Shown here: piece after piece, positions 19,001 to 32,000 of the stretch
How the letters are laid out: every line of letters starts with the position of its first letter
Numbering within the stretch: position 1 is the stretch's first letter
The notes under the pieces: generated by a model
The model's database searches: none
What the model was told of the DNA's origin: nothing
Seen by the model: only the letters and a program-made list of their open reading frames with translations
Program-made: the position numbers and the translations under genes
NCBI GenBank assembly: GCA_030704615.1
Contig: CM060731.1
Location: 3,410,001-3,474,000, forward strand
Direction of reading: 5' to 3'
Origin: Takakia lepidozioides
Lineage: Eukaryota; Plantae; Bryophyta
Length of the DNA: 64,000 bases

Positions 19001-22000
19001 GACAGTGTACTGAGCAAGCCGGAAGAGTGTGTCACAAAACCCCAAAGGTCATTTGGAGATGCAGTCCTCATGCAAGTTACTATGCACTTCAGCCCTCTCA
19101 GCTGGAGGCCTCTACCACAGAGAGAGATTACCCAATGACTCCTTTCTGATGAAGGTCCAAGAGCTGTTGGTTGGCAAGTCTGTGTCGGGTCCTGCAGCAG
19201 CCAACAAGCACGTCCTACATTTATGAGCATTTCTTACCCCCTCTAACCCTTGTTTTGTTCAGCGGAAATCCTTTGGCCATACCACTATTACATTGTAAAA
19301 TGAAAGTGAAAATCAGCAAGTAAGAGCGCACAGTAGGTCAAGGAAAATGGAATGGTCTGCACCATCGAGAGCTTGGGCATCCACAAAGACAAACTCCACC
19401 CCTCCAATCATGATACTGTAGTTTGGTGATCCAAATTTCCTTTCGTATCGATTCAATACCTACACACAGACTAGTCATCAAAACTCCACCATTGCCTAAA
19501 GACACAAATCACTAGGCCTCAAGCACTTCGACAATCACAGACCCAAGTACAACATCCATCCAAATTTCTCTGTTGCTTTTGCTTTCTCATGTTATATTTC
19601 ACGGTCCCCATTACTTCCTAGAGCACATACAGACCAGAAAAGCAGACATATGTTTTGCTATAAAAGGTAGGGTACAAAAGAAAGAAGACCTCCGGTTTGT
19701 CATTGTGCACTGCTTCATAGCCCAGATCATGGTTACCAGGAAGATAGTGGACGGGAATAGTGGACTGGTCTTGTCTTTGATTGAGTCCTGTCTGTGCCTG
19801 GTTGAAGAGGTGCTCAAATCGCTTCGTGGATTCCCTCCACCTGCATTTAAGAGAGGTATGCAAACAGAGGTTTGGTCTTAACCAAATCTCCTTTAAAGGT
19901 TCCCAGAAGAATGAATACTTTCCTTACCACCACAAGCACTCCAGGGTCATAACTTTTTCCCAAAGGGAGTTCAATTATTGAGAGACAGAAATGAGATGAA
20001 ATGGTACTTTATTGAGAGACAGAGATAATATGTCGTTTGCCATAGCCTTGTGGCCATTGACCCCATGCTCAGTTTGAGCAGAACACAAAAGGACAGAAAC
20101 TACCTTTGTCAGGGGCTGACGCCGGTAGGAACAGACAATTAATCCGAGTTGTCAAGATATCCTCTAGAAATTCCTTCACACAAGCATCAATCTGCTGTGT
20201 CTGGTTTGCCCCATAACTAGGCCCCAAAAGGGCCTGGGCATTTCGCTCAGCCTCGAGACTTTCAAAGTTGGTCAACAGAGGTTCAGGCACAATTCCCGTG
20301 ATGGATTTGAAGAGGGCGTCTCTCTCGTGAGAGTACCCAGGACAATGAAAGAGAGAGAGAGAGAGAGAGAGAAAAAATGTACTCCTAAGACGTTTGCTGT
20401 AGCTTGGGGCCATAGACACCGCACCCAGTTTGTGGGGGAACAAATGAGAACACACACTACCTTTGTGAGAGGCTCACTCCAGTGATGGGACTTAGCATGA
20501 TATAAATGATTTGTTCGGGCTTTTCAGATTCCTCTAGGAAGCCCTTCACACCTGCTGTGTATGATCTGCCCAACAGGAATAGAGAATGTACTCATGCCGT
20601 TCCCTGTGATCGTTGGCGTGCCATAACCTTACGGCCATTGACCCTGTGGGAAACTTGCCGTCTCGGAGTCTTTTGTGGGGTTCAAACCCACCAGGGTTCA
20701 GCTTATCCCCGCAGCTCAGCTGCAGGTAAAAACTTATTTTCTTGTAACTGCCATTAAGGTGGCCACAGGGGAGAATGTACAAATAAGATGTTTTCCATGG
20801 CCTTGTGGCTCACCGAGAGAGAGAGAAATGAAAGGTACTTTCTATAACGTCCAGGGGAAGCTCAAAGAGCTTATGGGACAAGAGAAAGGAAGACACGAGA
20901 AAGAGAGAGGGGCCACAAACAACCCAAAAGCAACTAGCTCAAGGGATTGTCTAAGAGTCAACACGTCATGCAGGTAAGCTGCCAAGCATTTCAGATCCTT
21001 GTAATGAAGACCTCCGGGAGAGATTGGGTATCCTGGAATAGACAGTTGGATCTCCCACGGATCTTTTTGCATAAAGGGCAGTGAAAGAAGATATGTTCTT
21101 CACTTTGATTTCCATGTAGTCCCCAGCACAAGCGGGGCATAGTCGGTTGTCATGTTGCTGATTTTTTCAGAGAGAGAGAATACGTGAGAAAGAGAAGATT
21201 GGATGATAAAGACCTCTCTACCAGACAGTCAACAAAATACAGCTTAACATTTTTAAGGAGTTATTTGCGCACATACTCTTCGTCTGGAAGAAAAGGACCC
21301 CCATCAAAAAGGTCGCCCAGAAATAAAATTTTATCAGGTTCCAAGGCCAGCACAGAGGAGCGGAAGGCACGGCGCATGTAGATGTCTGAATAGAATTGAG
21401 TCAATTGTAGTGATAAAGAACCACGCTTCTGCCCATACGATGTACGATCGGTGATCTGAAGATAGTAACATACAGAGAGTCAATGTCAGGTGTCAATAAG
21501 GTGCAACTATGACCGGTCTGTTCAAGTTGAAACCAGTTAGGTCTCAACTGGTCTACTTTATTATTGACTACGCATTTCAAGCCGAAAATCAGATGTCAGT
21601 AGCTCCTGTTGTGTGTGCCCGAGTATGTACTCTGGTGATGTGTGCTTCACATGATTCTCTCAGATATATACACTACCACCCAGAGAACTACCATCTCATA
21701 CATGACATCACGAAAAAATAGAATGATGCTGGAACAAAACGATCATCTACAAAACTTCTGACAAAGGAAATACATCTTAAACCAGAAGGGCAAGTTCCTT
21801 GTGCAACCAGACATTTGATCAAGTCAAACTAAACAGTACCATTTGTACCCTGACTACTTATACCAAGGTTAGAAACAAGTCATCCACCACAAACAAGAAA
21901 TGGTATTTAAAGTGTGGCTGGTATGAATACAAGCGATGATTACTAAGGGCTGTCAAGGAAGAATTATGAAAAGAAAATTAGACAACAGCTAACACATTCT

Positions 22001-23425
22001 TGGTTTGAACATTCTTCTTTAGTTATAGAGATAAATTCTTTTGTGAACTGATCTTGTTCGGCCAAGATAAAAGCTTTGCGTCCTAATGACAATCTTTAAC
22101 TCCTACATGCTGCGACTAAGTTTGACTTGGTTGATCAGGTCATGTTTGCCAAGTTGAAAGACAATGTAACCAGACCTAGGCCTTAGAACAAAGACCAGAA
22201 GGAGCAAGGGGAGATGGACAAAAACCTGGGGGTCTGCTATGACAGCAACTCTGACTGGTCTGTTCAAGGAGCCATCCACACCCGTTGCATTCTGTTTTCC
22301 AGTTTGACAAATACCCCCACAATTCAGGAGAGATCCATCTGGAAGTCCCATTAGTTTGCCTTTACCACATAGCCTTCATTTCAAAAATTGGCAAGCTCCT
22401 CGAAATGGTAATTGCACACATATACGCAGCTTGACAGCCGGGAAACACAACATGAAGATGATGCCCATCAGGTTTTTGGTTACTAGACTATTGCAACCTG
22501 CTAACAAATCATGTCCAAATAAGCATACCAGAGCATAAGCATGCAAACATTACATTCTGGTTGGCATACATCTTCCCATTAGCTGCTGTGAAAGCATGTT
22601 TCTTGACTTTTAACATGATTCAAAGTGAGATTTGTTCTCACAAACCATTGAAGATAGATCGAGGCCCCTTCATATGACAGGTGATCAAGGCCAGGACTTC
22701 AGCTAATTGCAGGAATTCCCATTCTTTTCATTTCAGCTGATCCAAGTGTAAAATTTCTGAACCAGGCTTTCACTCTCAAATGGAAGGTTGATGGTTGATT
22801 GTCATCCAGCATCCCTGGACTGACCATTGGCAGCAACCAATATGCGACTAAGTCAGGTTTTAGTAGGAATTAGATTAAGGGCTGCTGGCATTGAATCCGT
22901 TCTAGACAGCCTAACTCTGATTCCAGCACTGCCAATGTAAGTCTCTACCTAGAACGTATGTGGGAGAAGGGCTAGCCATCAACCATGCCCTGGCAAAGTT
23001 GGCAGTACGCTTCCTGAGTTCCGAGCTCCCCAGGTTGCTTACACTTCCGGAGCCTATCGTGTCACCCTCCGAGGCATGTAATCACTCCAACTTTCATAAA
23101 ACACGATGATCCAGCAACCCCGTACCTGGCATTGTCGTGCCACAGGTGGAAGTGGGCAACCTGGTTACTACTCATAGTAGAAAGCACAAAGCAAGTCGCA
23201 TTTGCACTTCATCTAACGAATGTCTGTGTTTGCACTGCCAGGCTAACTCCAAAAATCTCCCTTACATATAGGCCAGTGCCCACCGCAAAGTGAGGAGCTT
23301 ACATGCTGAAGAGCGGGCCAGGAACATGACCAGGCAATTGAGCGGAAAGAGAAAATCTCGCCATACAGCAACGAGACCATCCAAATGCATCCCAAGAATA
23401 CTGCGGCCCGCCATCGCGACTGCAT
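10099..23425 (-). CDS. Calcineurin-like metallophosphoesterase, MPPE1/PGAP5/Cdc1 family, 13 exons
   Basis: GT-AG exons (minus) ~23425-23303, 22291-22226, 21455-21277, 19840-19690, 19459-19363, 19191-19132, 18415-18315, 15318-15281, 12975-12918, 12491-12417, 11423-11265, 11034-10765, 10342-10099, with consistent phases. Motifs: VIADPQ, FLGDLFDGG, LPGNHDLG, HIPLYR, YQNYL, LSGHDHDQC, SFSWQQGN; N-terminal and C-terminal hydrophobic segments. Confidence 0.93.
13096..13538 (+). mobile_element. 5'-truncated RTE/RTEX-like LINE 3' fragment plus a second ~40-bp 3'-end copy, directly after a (TC)n tract
   Basis: Encodes CGQSEDSIHFLIHCPG zinc-knuckle remnant; family 3' end GGTCAATGGCCACAAGGCTACGGCAAACAACGTCTTATGAGTACA; target duplications tctctaatac and tctaatacttttgaa. 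Confidence 0.85.
15541..15926 (-). mobile_element. 5'-truncated RTE/RTEX-like LINE 3' fragment
   Basis: CNCLMCGQPEDNIHFLIHC; family 3' end near 15545; near-perfect TSD agtctcttaagag (15532-15544) / agtctctaaagag (15927-15939). Confidence 0.85.
15940..18213 (-). mobile_element. Degenerate RTE/RTEX-like non-LTR retrotransposon (APE endonuclease end, RT, C-terminal zinc knuckle), 5'-truncated and internally deleted
   Basis: ORF pieces: NGRRL, IVDYIIV, TSDHFLV (endonuclease); FLDVKKAYDTVWRDGLW and GVAQGCTLSPLLFNVFIN (RT); CPLCGQPEDNIHFLIHC. No YADD-type motif seen. Two tandem 3' ends with (TCTCTG)n tails. Confidence 0.88.
18625..18696 (-). tRNA. tRNA-like (pseudo-tRNA) sequence inside the TRIM 3' LTR; anticodon arm degenerate
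   Basis: 72 nt: GGACGGG TA GCTC AGTGGTA GAGC A CCCCACCGGAATGCGGG AGGTC CTAGG TTCAATC CCTAG CCCGACC A; A box TAGCTCAGTGG, B box GGTTCAATCC. Confidence 0.7.
18898..18969 (+). tRNA. Second tRNA-like copy inside the inverted TRIM LTR
   Basis: ggacgggtagctcagtggtagagcaccccaccggaatgggggaggacctaggttcaatccctagcccgacaa; D and T stems intact. Confidence 0.7.
20010..20830 (-). mobile_element. Stack of several 5'-truncated RTE/RTEX-like LINE 3' ends joined by (TC)n tails
   Basis: Family 3'-end motif near 20030-20070, 20375-20430, 20581-20645 and 20770-20810; HCPGYSHERDALFK peptide; (GA)n at 20350-20372. Confidence 0.75.
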
Positions 23426-24366
23426 CTCTGTACGACGTCGATAGTAACGCCCTCTCTTCAATCTGCCAAAGCGACATTCACGGAATCCACTTACAGAAAT
23501 AAAACACACAATCGCACATGACTCTCCCTAAGTCTGGAGGATACTCCTCGATAGATGTCTTCCAAGATGCTTTCCTGATTGTTCCCAGAGTAGCTTTTTA
23601 TTGAGGAGGAGATTGTGGGCCCACCCTTGCGACCTCCTTTCCACGTCGTCGTTTTGGCGATCGCTGAGTTCCTTCAGCGCTGGCCCCGACAAGTGGCAGC
23701 AAAGAAGGCGGGAGGGTCCAAGCGAACACCTTCACTATAGACTGTGGATAGCGATTTTATAGGCTTGCCTCTTTCGAGAAGTTCCTGCAGTAAGTATCAA
23801 GGTGGGAGCGAGGCCGGAGTGCTCAGCGAGTTGCGTGAAGAACAAGATCAGTGCGAACGTCTGAGGGTGTCTTCTCCTACCGGCAAAGCACATTCTGCAT
23901 CTGGGTTTAGTTTTTTTCAATGGGACCCAAATGTCCTTGCTCTGTAGTTGCCGACAGAATAGAGAAGATTCTAGTCACCCAACAAGGACGCAGGAGTGAC
24001 TATGGATGGTTGTGGGATCTTCTGCACCCACAGAAGTATAGGACGTGGAATGTTCTCGCACCGTTATGAAGGAAGGATTGACTTGGTTTTAGCGCAACAT
24101 TGCCAAACTGACGAGCGATCCTCCAATGTCGAATTCGATACAGAGACAGACTACACGTTGGGTGGTGTTGGAATGGCGAAATACACACTGGATTTCTCGT
24201 ACGTTCTTGGTCGTTGTCTACCGGTCTATCTGTTTCTCGTGGGAAGGCAGTTCAGCATGACGGTACATACGGTAGGGCTGGTGGCATTCTCAGCAAATCA
24301 AGACAGGGCGAGGTTGCACGACGGAGGATGATGCACTGAAGTTGCTGGAGTATTTTGGGGGAGGCC
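23426..24366. promoter_or_regulatory. Divergent intergenic region shared by the metallophosphoesterase and cytochrome c genes
   Basis: The two start codons are 941 bp apart in head-to-head orientation. Confidence 0.5.
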
Positions 24367-27113
24367 ATGGCCTCATTTGGCGAGGCTCCGAAAGGGAACT
24401 CAAAGAGCGGGGCGAAGATCTTCAAGACAAAGTGCGCACAGTGCCATGCGGTTGAAAAAGCCGGGGGCCACAAGCAAGGTGTGTGTTATCTTTATCAAAG
24501 GCGTTTGAAGGACACCAGAGATCAGGGAATAATATGGGGACGGTGAAAAACCCTGATATCAAGACTTGATGAAACTCAACTGCAAACCCAGAGAATGCAA
24601 TTGAGAGATGAGTGCAATATAAACCATAGTAGATCACAATTGACTGAGAACGCCGGAGTCTGCCCTTAGTAGCAGCAAGTACAGAGAAATAATGGGGCCA
24701 GAGATCAACCCAAGTTTTATAACTTTAACCTGATATCCTTAATGGGATAAGCATTGATAAAGATAATGGTGCTGACACCAAGTCAAAGCTCACGCCCTGA
24801 CATTAGAGTGCACACTTTGCTCTGGCACCATATGCCCACAGAGTAGTAGCCAGAATGACAAATCCTATTACCCTAGCCAGTGTGGCGAGGGATGCTCTCA
24901 GACATTATTGTGGTTTTGAGTAGTTCTTTTTTAAGGACAACGAAAAGCGTTTAAAGTCTGATATACTCGCATGTAGGAGGAATCTGTTATTGCGAATCTG
25001 TTATTGTTGCTGTCCACACAGAATTAACACATTATATCTTTTTGAGTCCTCCTGCTGGCCTGTGGAAGTCTGTTCCTCGGAGGATTAGAGTCTGTTGTAC
25101 ACAAAGCAATGTTGACTAGTTATGACTAAGTCACCACGGTTCTTTACTTTAGCTTGTAGAATCTAAATGTTTGGCCTTATTGTGTTGGAAGCCCTGACTA
25201 GTCACTGATCTGCTCTTGTGAGGGACAGTGATGTCTGCTTAGATCCCCCCATCATCATTCTTTGATATATTTTGTATTCTCAATTCCATCATCCAGGAAA
25301 TGTCAATTTCAAGGGTTGGGAAACATGCACTCCTTCGAATGCATGAGTAAACACGGGTCTTGAAATCTGCCTGTAGTCAACCTTCTTGCACAGCTCCCAG
25401 TCAACCTTTCCGCAGAGGTGGAGGCAGGTAAGGTGCATCAAGAGAAGCTGGTGCATCGATTGATGGACATGGTAAGCAAACACTCAAATTGCAATCCAAA
25501 AAATGACACTTGTCTGCTGCAGGGCCAAACCTGTCTGGATTATTTGGAAGAACATCGGGGACAACTGCTGGGTACACATTTTCAGCAGCCAATAAGGCCA
25601 AGGCAGTTTCTTGGGGAGAAGACACTCTCTATGACTACCTTCTCAATCCCAAGAAGGTAAGGGCTCTTTGGCAATATATTTTATCTTTCTTCCACGTGAA
25701 GAACCTGCTCTTGGGTTGGTTGGTGTTTTTTAGGTCTATCTGGATAAAGCATCATAAACCATTTTGACTGGGTCTCAAGTCTGTGTATTTGTTGTTACTC
25801 CATTATATGTAATTCACAGGGTTTATCATCTTTGGTGATTTTCACTGCTGAAACATGAACTTTGGTTCATTATCATTGGTATCCTGGAGAATTGGAGTTT
25901 ACTCGGCACTTATCTGAACATAGTTTGTAAAAACGATTAGTGTGCTGCCAGCAATGATTTGTACTTTCTGCAAAATATGGGTTCATACAGTTTTCCTCAA
26001 TCCAACGCTGAGCTTTCTGAACTCTGATAAGGAAGAGGCAGTCATCTTGGGGAATTGGAGTGTTGGAAAGAAGTTGAAAGGAAGAGGTTTTGTACTTCAT
26101 TTAGATTGCTTTGCACTGCCTGAGGTGAGGGATTAGGGCTTCAACTTTAGTCTTGCAGCTTTTATTTGTGGTTCATGAAAAAAACGTATCAATCATCACC
26201 AAGTTCTTCTTAGGGATAGTTCACAGTTAGTTTGCAATCCCATTCAAAACGCCCTACTTACAGATGTGTCATATCTGAAGTGTGAATCGCCAGATTTCGA
26301 CCTGGAAAATGGGTCAGCTACTTGTACAAAGGAATCAGGGGGACTAAAATCCAGAAAATGTGCCAAAAAGCGCCAATAGTTGAAGCCTGAATTTGCCAAC
26401 GTGGACCGGTTAAAACGTGCCACTTTTTAAAACCCTGCCACCTCGTCATTCTCTCCACATGGGAATTCACAAGTGGCCCGTAAGGCAATTTTGGAAAAAT
26501 GAAATAAGAAGCACTGTCCAGAACAGACTTCTGAGGAGCTCTCTCAGTATGCTTATGTTAGTTAGGTTATCTATCTCTATCCCCCTCTCTCTTTTTCTTC
26601 TTTTCTGTGGTTTTATGTCGAGCAATCTCAATGATCTGAATGCTAAGAGTCGAGTCTTCCTGTGTTGGGCACAGAAACTCAGTACGTCTGCACCCTTGGT
26701 TGAGAACTTCTGAAGTTAGGAGCTATAATAGCTGGTCACTGTTATATAGGATGTAGTTAATTTCTTGGATTGTTCAAGTGAAGGGATGGCATTCTTTCTG
26801 GTATCCTTCCAACAAGATAAAATGTCTGTCCCATCATCAAATTTTATGTAGACTTAGCCTGTTTACTAATCTCACTCTCCGGCATCTAGCAATCTTCAAC
26901 CAAGGTGGACCTTAATGTGTACATCAAATCCAGGAGAGGTTTGAGCCAGTAAGTCACCACGTTCCTTTGGGTGCGAAGTATTTGGTGCTTAATTATATGT
27001 GTGTGTGTGGGTGGTGGGTGCAGTACATCCCAGGCACGAAGATGGTGTTCCCTGGCTTGAAAAAGCCACAAGAACGGTCTGACCTCATTGCTTACCTGAA
27101 GAGCGCCACCTAA
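24367..27113 (+). CDS. CYTC: Mitochondrial cytochrome c, 3 coding exons
   Basis: Exons 24367-24478, 25523-25656, 27024-27113: [73 protein letters not shown]; CxxCH heme motif. Confidence 0.97.
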
Positions 27114-27200
27114 AGAGGAAGAACTCCAATTTCATTGTTTGGTTAGACCTGCTTTTGATGCAATTTTACTGGGAATTGGTGGGGCTGAGAGCTACTTTTA

Positions 27201-27230
27201 GAATGTAGTCATGAGACATTGTTTGCCGTG
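27201..27230 (-). mobile_element. 30-bp extreme 3'-end LINE insertion with 14-bp TSD in the cytochrome c 3' region
   Basis: gagagctactttta (27187-27200 and 27231-27244) flanks gaatgtagtcatgagacattgtttgccgtg, the reverse complement of the LINE family 3' end. Confidence 0.85.
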
Positions 27231-27940
27231 GAGAGCTACTTTTAAAATGAGATATAGGGATCTTCAATAATTGATTGAGTGCCCATCTGTTGGGTCATAA
27301 CAATATTGGATGTTGTAAAGTATTGCGTACTGTAATTCAATGTGTGCAGAGGGTTGCTTCCAGTGAATGTGGTCTCTATTGGAAATTTGTAATAGTTTGT
27401 CAGGCAGACAGATTCTGTAGTGGGTGGAAGTAAGATATGGAACTCCATGTTGGGCAAGTAACCTTCCATAATCCAGGCCAAATGGTGATGAAAGTCGGGG
27501 AATGTAGGTTTATGTGGTTAGTGCACGGTAGGTTGCATGGTGAGGTCACCAATCTCAGAGCTTTTGCCAGCCACTGCAAGAGCAACTCCTTTGCCGTATG
27601 GAAGCACTGTAGCCGGTGCAAGCAAAATTATGCCCCTTTCCCTGGAATAGTCCCAATTGTTGAGCTTATCTTGGTTACTGGGCGGTGTCCCCTTGTTGGT
27701 CTCCATGGCTCCCTTGTGAAGTTATTTTTCCTCACCCCTCATCATCAATACAATTTGGGGCTTCCAGCCCCCTTCCCCCCCACAAAGAAAACAAAACAAC
27801 AAGGTATAGTTTGTTTAAAAGAAAAGTTTGTTTTGTACCTACATACATGCACATACCGTTAGTACTCTATAAAGGAATACATTGTGCCCAACAGTGCGTG
27901 TATCGGGAGGCTTGGATAAGCGAGGTTGCAATAGCGAGCG

Positions 27941-29013
27941 ATGGCCATGGCTGTGAGCCTGCATAGCTTCCATGGCTTGCACTCCTTGGAACAACGAGAA
28001 ACCCACAAACCATGGTGGAGGAAGAGGTTTGTGGGTTCTCCAAGGGCAGTGGGAAGTTCTCTTCCTGCGGAGTGCGTGGAAGCGAAGGGGGTGATAGATG
28101 GGCTTCTGAGCAAAGCCCCAGCGTCCGTGTCCTGGGCCCTCTATGAAGACCAGGGGGTGCAGCGGTTGCTGGGGGAGTCGGTGGAGAAGCTGTGCGCGTC
28201 CGCTGTGGATTCAGGTCCCTTTTTATCCTCCAAGGATGGCTTTGGTGTTTGGGAAGTCTTTTATGCCCCGCACATTTCCAGGTATGATAACTGACCCTTC
28301 TGCATCCCTATCTTCCCTTCCGGACAATATCTATGTCTGCTTGCCTATGAATCTTGGTACCTTGCCTACCTGATTGACATGGAATGGTTTGCCCCAAATG
28401 CATGGTGCATCGGTGTCCAATGTGAGGAGTGCAGATATGCCGAATTCTTGCAACGGTCTCATGTAGTTGGAGATACTTTGCAGGATCTCGAAGGCCTTCG
28501 GTGCAAGAATAAATCCTCTGCGCTATGTATTGTCCACATCAGGTTTTACAAGCAACGTAGGGTATATGAGCCCAATTGGAGTTGGATGGTTGAGTGCCTC
28601 CGGAGATTTTGTCGTGAAGGATAACAAGACAGTGGAAGTATTGTTTGATTCATTTTGGTGGGACATAGGACGCAACAATCTCCAGCCTGACCCCAAAGGA
28701 GAAGTAAGAGTTTCTACCTTCCTATTATTACCATTTGCTTGCCAGTCAAATTCCTGAGATGGAGATGATCTTTTCCCATAAGAAAGCTCTCAAGACTGGT
28801 GTTGAATTGGTTTTACCTGCACTTACAGTTATCCTTCTCGACTGTTATGTGCAGGGTACAATCGGGAGAACTTTAGTAAATCTAGCAGGGAGAGGGGCTT
28901 TCTTCCCTGCGCTTTCAGTGTATCCTGTGCATTATGCTGATGCAGATGTTACTGTATTCGAATTCACCCCCTTAAGAACTAAAATTGCCGCAAGAAAAAT
29001 TACTAGAAGTTGA
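27941..29013 (+). CDS. Putative plastid-targeted protein, possibly PAP/fibrillin-like, 3 exons
   Basis: Exons 27941-28281, 28484-28703, 28855-29013 join in frame; transit-peptide-like N-terminus; GVWEVFYAPHI, GWLSASG, VLFDSFWWD, VFEFTPL. The family assignment is an inference. Confidence 0.7.
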
Positions 29014-32000
29014 TGGTCCAAATAGTTTTTTTAATTGTATTGTCTGAATACCCAGCTGTGGTAAAGATAGGCTTTGAAGTAATTTCACCATTGGAAGACC
29101 CAGTGACTGCTTCTATGTAGACTGAGCAAAGTTCCCTTTTCTTTCCTACTAGTTTCTTCAAACAACCACCAAAGAAGAAAAGCTACTTGAGACATCAAAT
29201 TGGGCAAGAAATGGAGAATGTACCAGAACAAGCTTCCCAAGGGAAGGTGCAGGACTTTCAAATACAGGAAATCGCAAACAAACAGTTTGAAGAAGCAAAC
29301 ATCTGATATTCAACAACGAAGTCTTTACAGACATTCCAAGCTTCACCTACTGTAAGATAATACAAACAACACATTTTCAACAAATATTGGAAGAAGACAC
29401 TAATTCTCAACTGCTTTATGTTTCTACAACAATGTGGGTGTGTGTGATTAAGTCACTGTCCAGTAAAGGTCGTGATCAGTAACATTTAGTCGAGAGAAAT
29501 AAGTGCAGGAAATCATCACAGGAAAGCAGAGATCCAACCTGCCCCACCTCAAGACTGGATACTTCTTGTTCATCTGTTGTTCTTCCAAAATCCGTTACTG
29601 ACTGTAGGATCAGAGCCACAATGAGATGAAGCAAAGCACAACAAGAAGTTAAATTTGCAAAAGTAGAAGGCCCAGTGACAGTTCTATTCACACTATAAAA
29701 TATACATATAGCGTCAGCATGATAGAACCCCGCATCATCATGCCCTGTACGCAGGGCGATCTCTCTTCTTCTCGCCTCCCTTTCAATCCTTTTCGAACGA
29801 TCTGCTCACTGCTGTACATCGCACTGAGAGAGTATAGTGCCCTCCACTCACTCACCGGGCCAGTCATTGGTCATGGCCATCTGTCTTGCCATGTGGGCTG
29901 TTCTTTTTTTGTTTTTTTGTGTTCTTTTCCATCAACTTGGGGTGCATATTTCAATGGGTCTTCATGCAGTGAAGGGTTCTGCTGGAAAAGTTCGGGAGTG
30001 TGAGACATCTGACATTAGTTCTAATGTGGCTTGAAATTCTGAGGTGAGCATTGCAGAATCGGAAGTGGATTTCATGCTTTCATTGATGACAACATTTTCC
30101 GAAGGAAGGGAGTTTGTGTCTCGAAATTTTTGCAGCTTGTCAAGATGAAGGTGCCATTGCAAATCTTGAGGTGGCAGCCACGGCCAATACAGTAACTCGC
30201 ATGTGAAGCGGCAATGCAGAGTCGCGTAGGGAGACTTGCCAAGGTGCAACGATGTGAATCTGGAAGATTCTCTAAACACGAGCCCATATATTGGAGGACG
30301 CAGTAGGAGGATGGAAGTCAGAAAGTTGAGGCCGTAAAAAATCTTCAGCAGCTCTGTGCGACAACCAGTTATCAGGACGCAGCAGGCCAGACACGACGGA
30401 CCAAGGAACTCAACAACTGAATATGAAGCGTCGAGAGCCCTAGACCCTTGTGGCTGACGAGGTGCGTCGACCAGAATTCATACGGACTCGAAAACCTTTG
30501 GAAGAACGAAAAATCAGGATGTCTGTCTCCCATTTTGCAGTCTGAAATCCGTCGTCGTTTATGCCTGACTGCAGTGCTACTTTCGGTTCAATTAGAGAAT
30601 TTCCCCGTTTCAGTACATGTCAAGGAATAGAATCCTACGTAGCCCCCTCCAATTGCTGCAGACTGCAGACCTGGGCCGAATTCAGTGCGATCTCTTACAA
30701 TCCTAACAGCATATGTACATGGTGCAGCTCAGCGCCAGTTCCAGGCAGATGTGACTGGTTCGAACTGGTCAGTTCCTTACACTGACAACATGACACAGTC
30801 TTCGTACTGTACGAGAAGGCTACTGTTACTGCGGTTTTTGACGTCGTGGGAGATAGTCACAGGGTTACCAGCTACCACCCAGCATGGTACAAAGGTACAA
30901 ACTCTCCCGTCAAACTGCCATGCTAATCAGGCACAGTCAACAACAGATTGCTGGAATGGGATATTTGACATCATTAAACCAGAACCCACCTGCAGATTCC
31001 AGCACTAAACATCAGAGTCCTCTGCTTGACACAGATTGGACAAGTGGGTGTGCTTATTAAGAGGGATTGACGCAATGGCAGCCAACGCGGACGCATCCCA
31101 ATTCATGGATCAGGGCATCCAGATCTGCTGCAAGCGAGAATACTCCAACATGCTGCCGGAAAGTGGCAGCAATAGTAGAAGTCTCCCTGTCTTCTGCGGT
31201 AAACTCAGTTTTCCATCCTTTGAATGCTAACACTTCAGCGCACCTCCTTCATGGAGCCTTGCTTGGTAGGTCTCGTGGACGTGCGGATTCAGTGCCGCTT
31301 CACCAGTGACGGTACAAAGCAGCAGGTCTGACTGATCCAAGACTATGCTGACCCTCGTGTGACGAAACTGGCGCTGTCTTGCTAAGTACCATAACTCACG
31401 GAGTCATGTAAGTTGCATACATAGTCTGTGTGTCCGAACTTGTGTTTACCGATGTTACTTAGAGGGTATTAAAAGAGATTGTGGCTCGAGGCTTCTTGCT
31501 TTCCCGATGTTTTTGTCGGGCTCTGTTTATAGACCTGTAAGGTCAAGAGAGTTGCCAGTGACGTTTTGAGAGAGGGAGGCGATGGCCCACAGGTATCTAA
31601 GAAAATTCTCTCACACCCACACGGTCCAAGCAACCTATCTAAGACCCCTATTCCTCAAAGGGTATCCTTGAACCTGATGGGGACGTCTCCTAGATTGTTC
31701 ACTTAAGCAACCTACCTTCTACCTACTGGTCACGAGCTGTAGCTGATTTGTTTGTTCACTGACTCGCTGACTTCCTGTATGACCTCTCACACGAGGAGGT
31801 GTTCAACAAACCCCATGCGGAGAGAGCTTGATGAGTCGTGCACTGATGGTTGAACAGCTCAACGTTTCTCGGGTCCTCCTTTGACCTCAACCTACTTATT
31901 TGCCCACCACTCTCTGCAACTCAAGCTTCCATCGCTGCTAACACTAAATTTCACAGCGTGCATGCAAAACATGAATTATACTGTCCTAGTTTCCAAGGAC

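Noticed and set aside
18958-19230. Alternative exon encoding ASPNDLWGFVTHSS
   Set aside because: The exon 19191-19132 has canonical splice sites and correct phases; the alternative lacks a GT donor.
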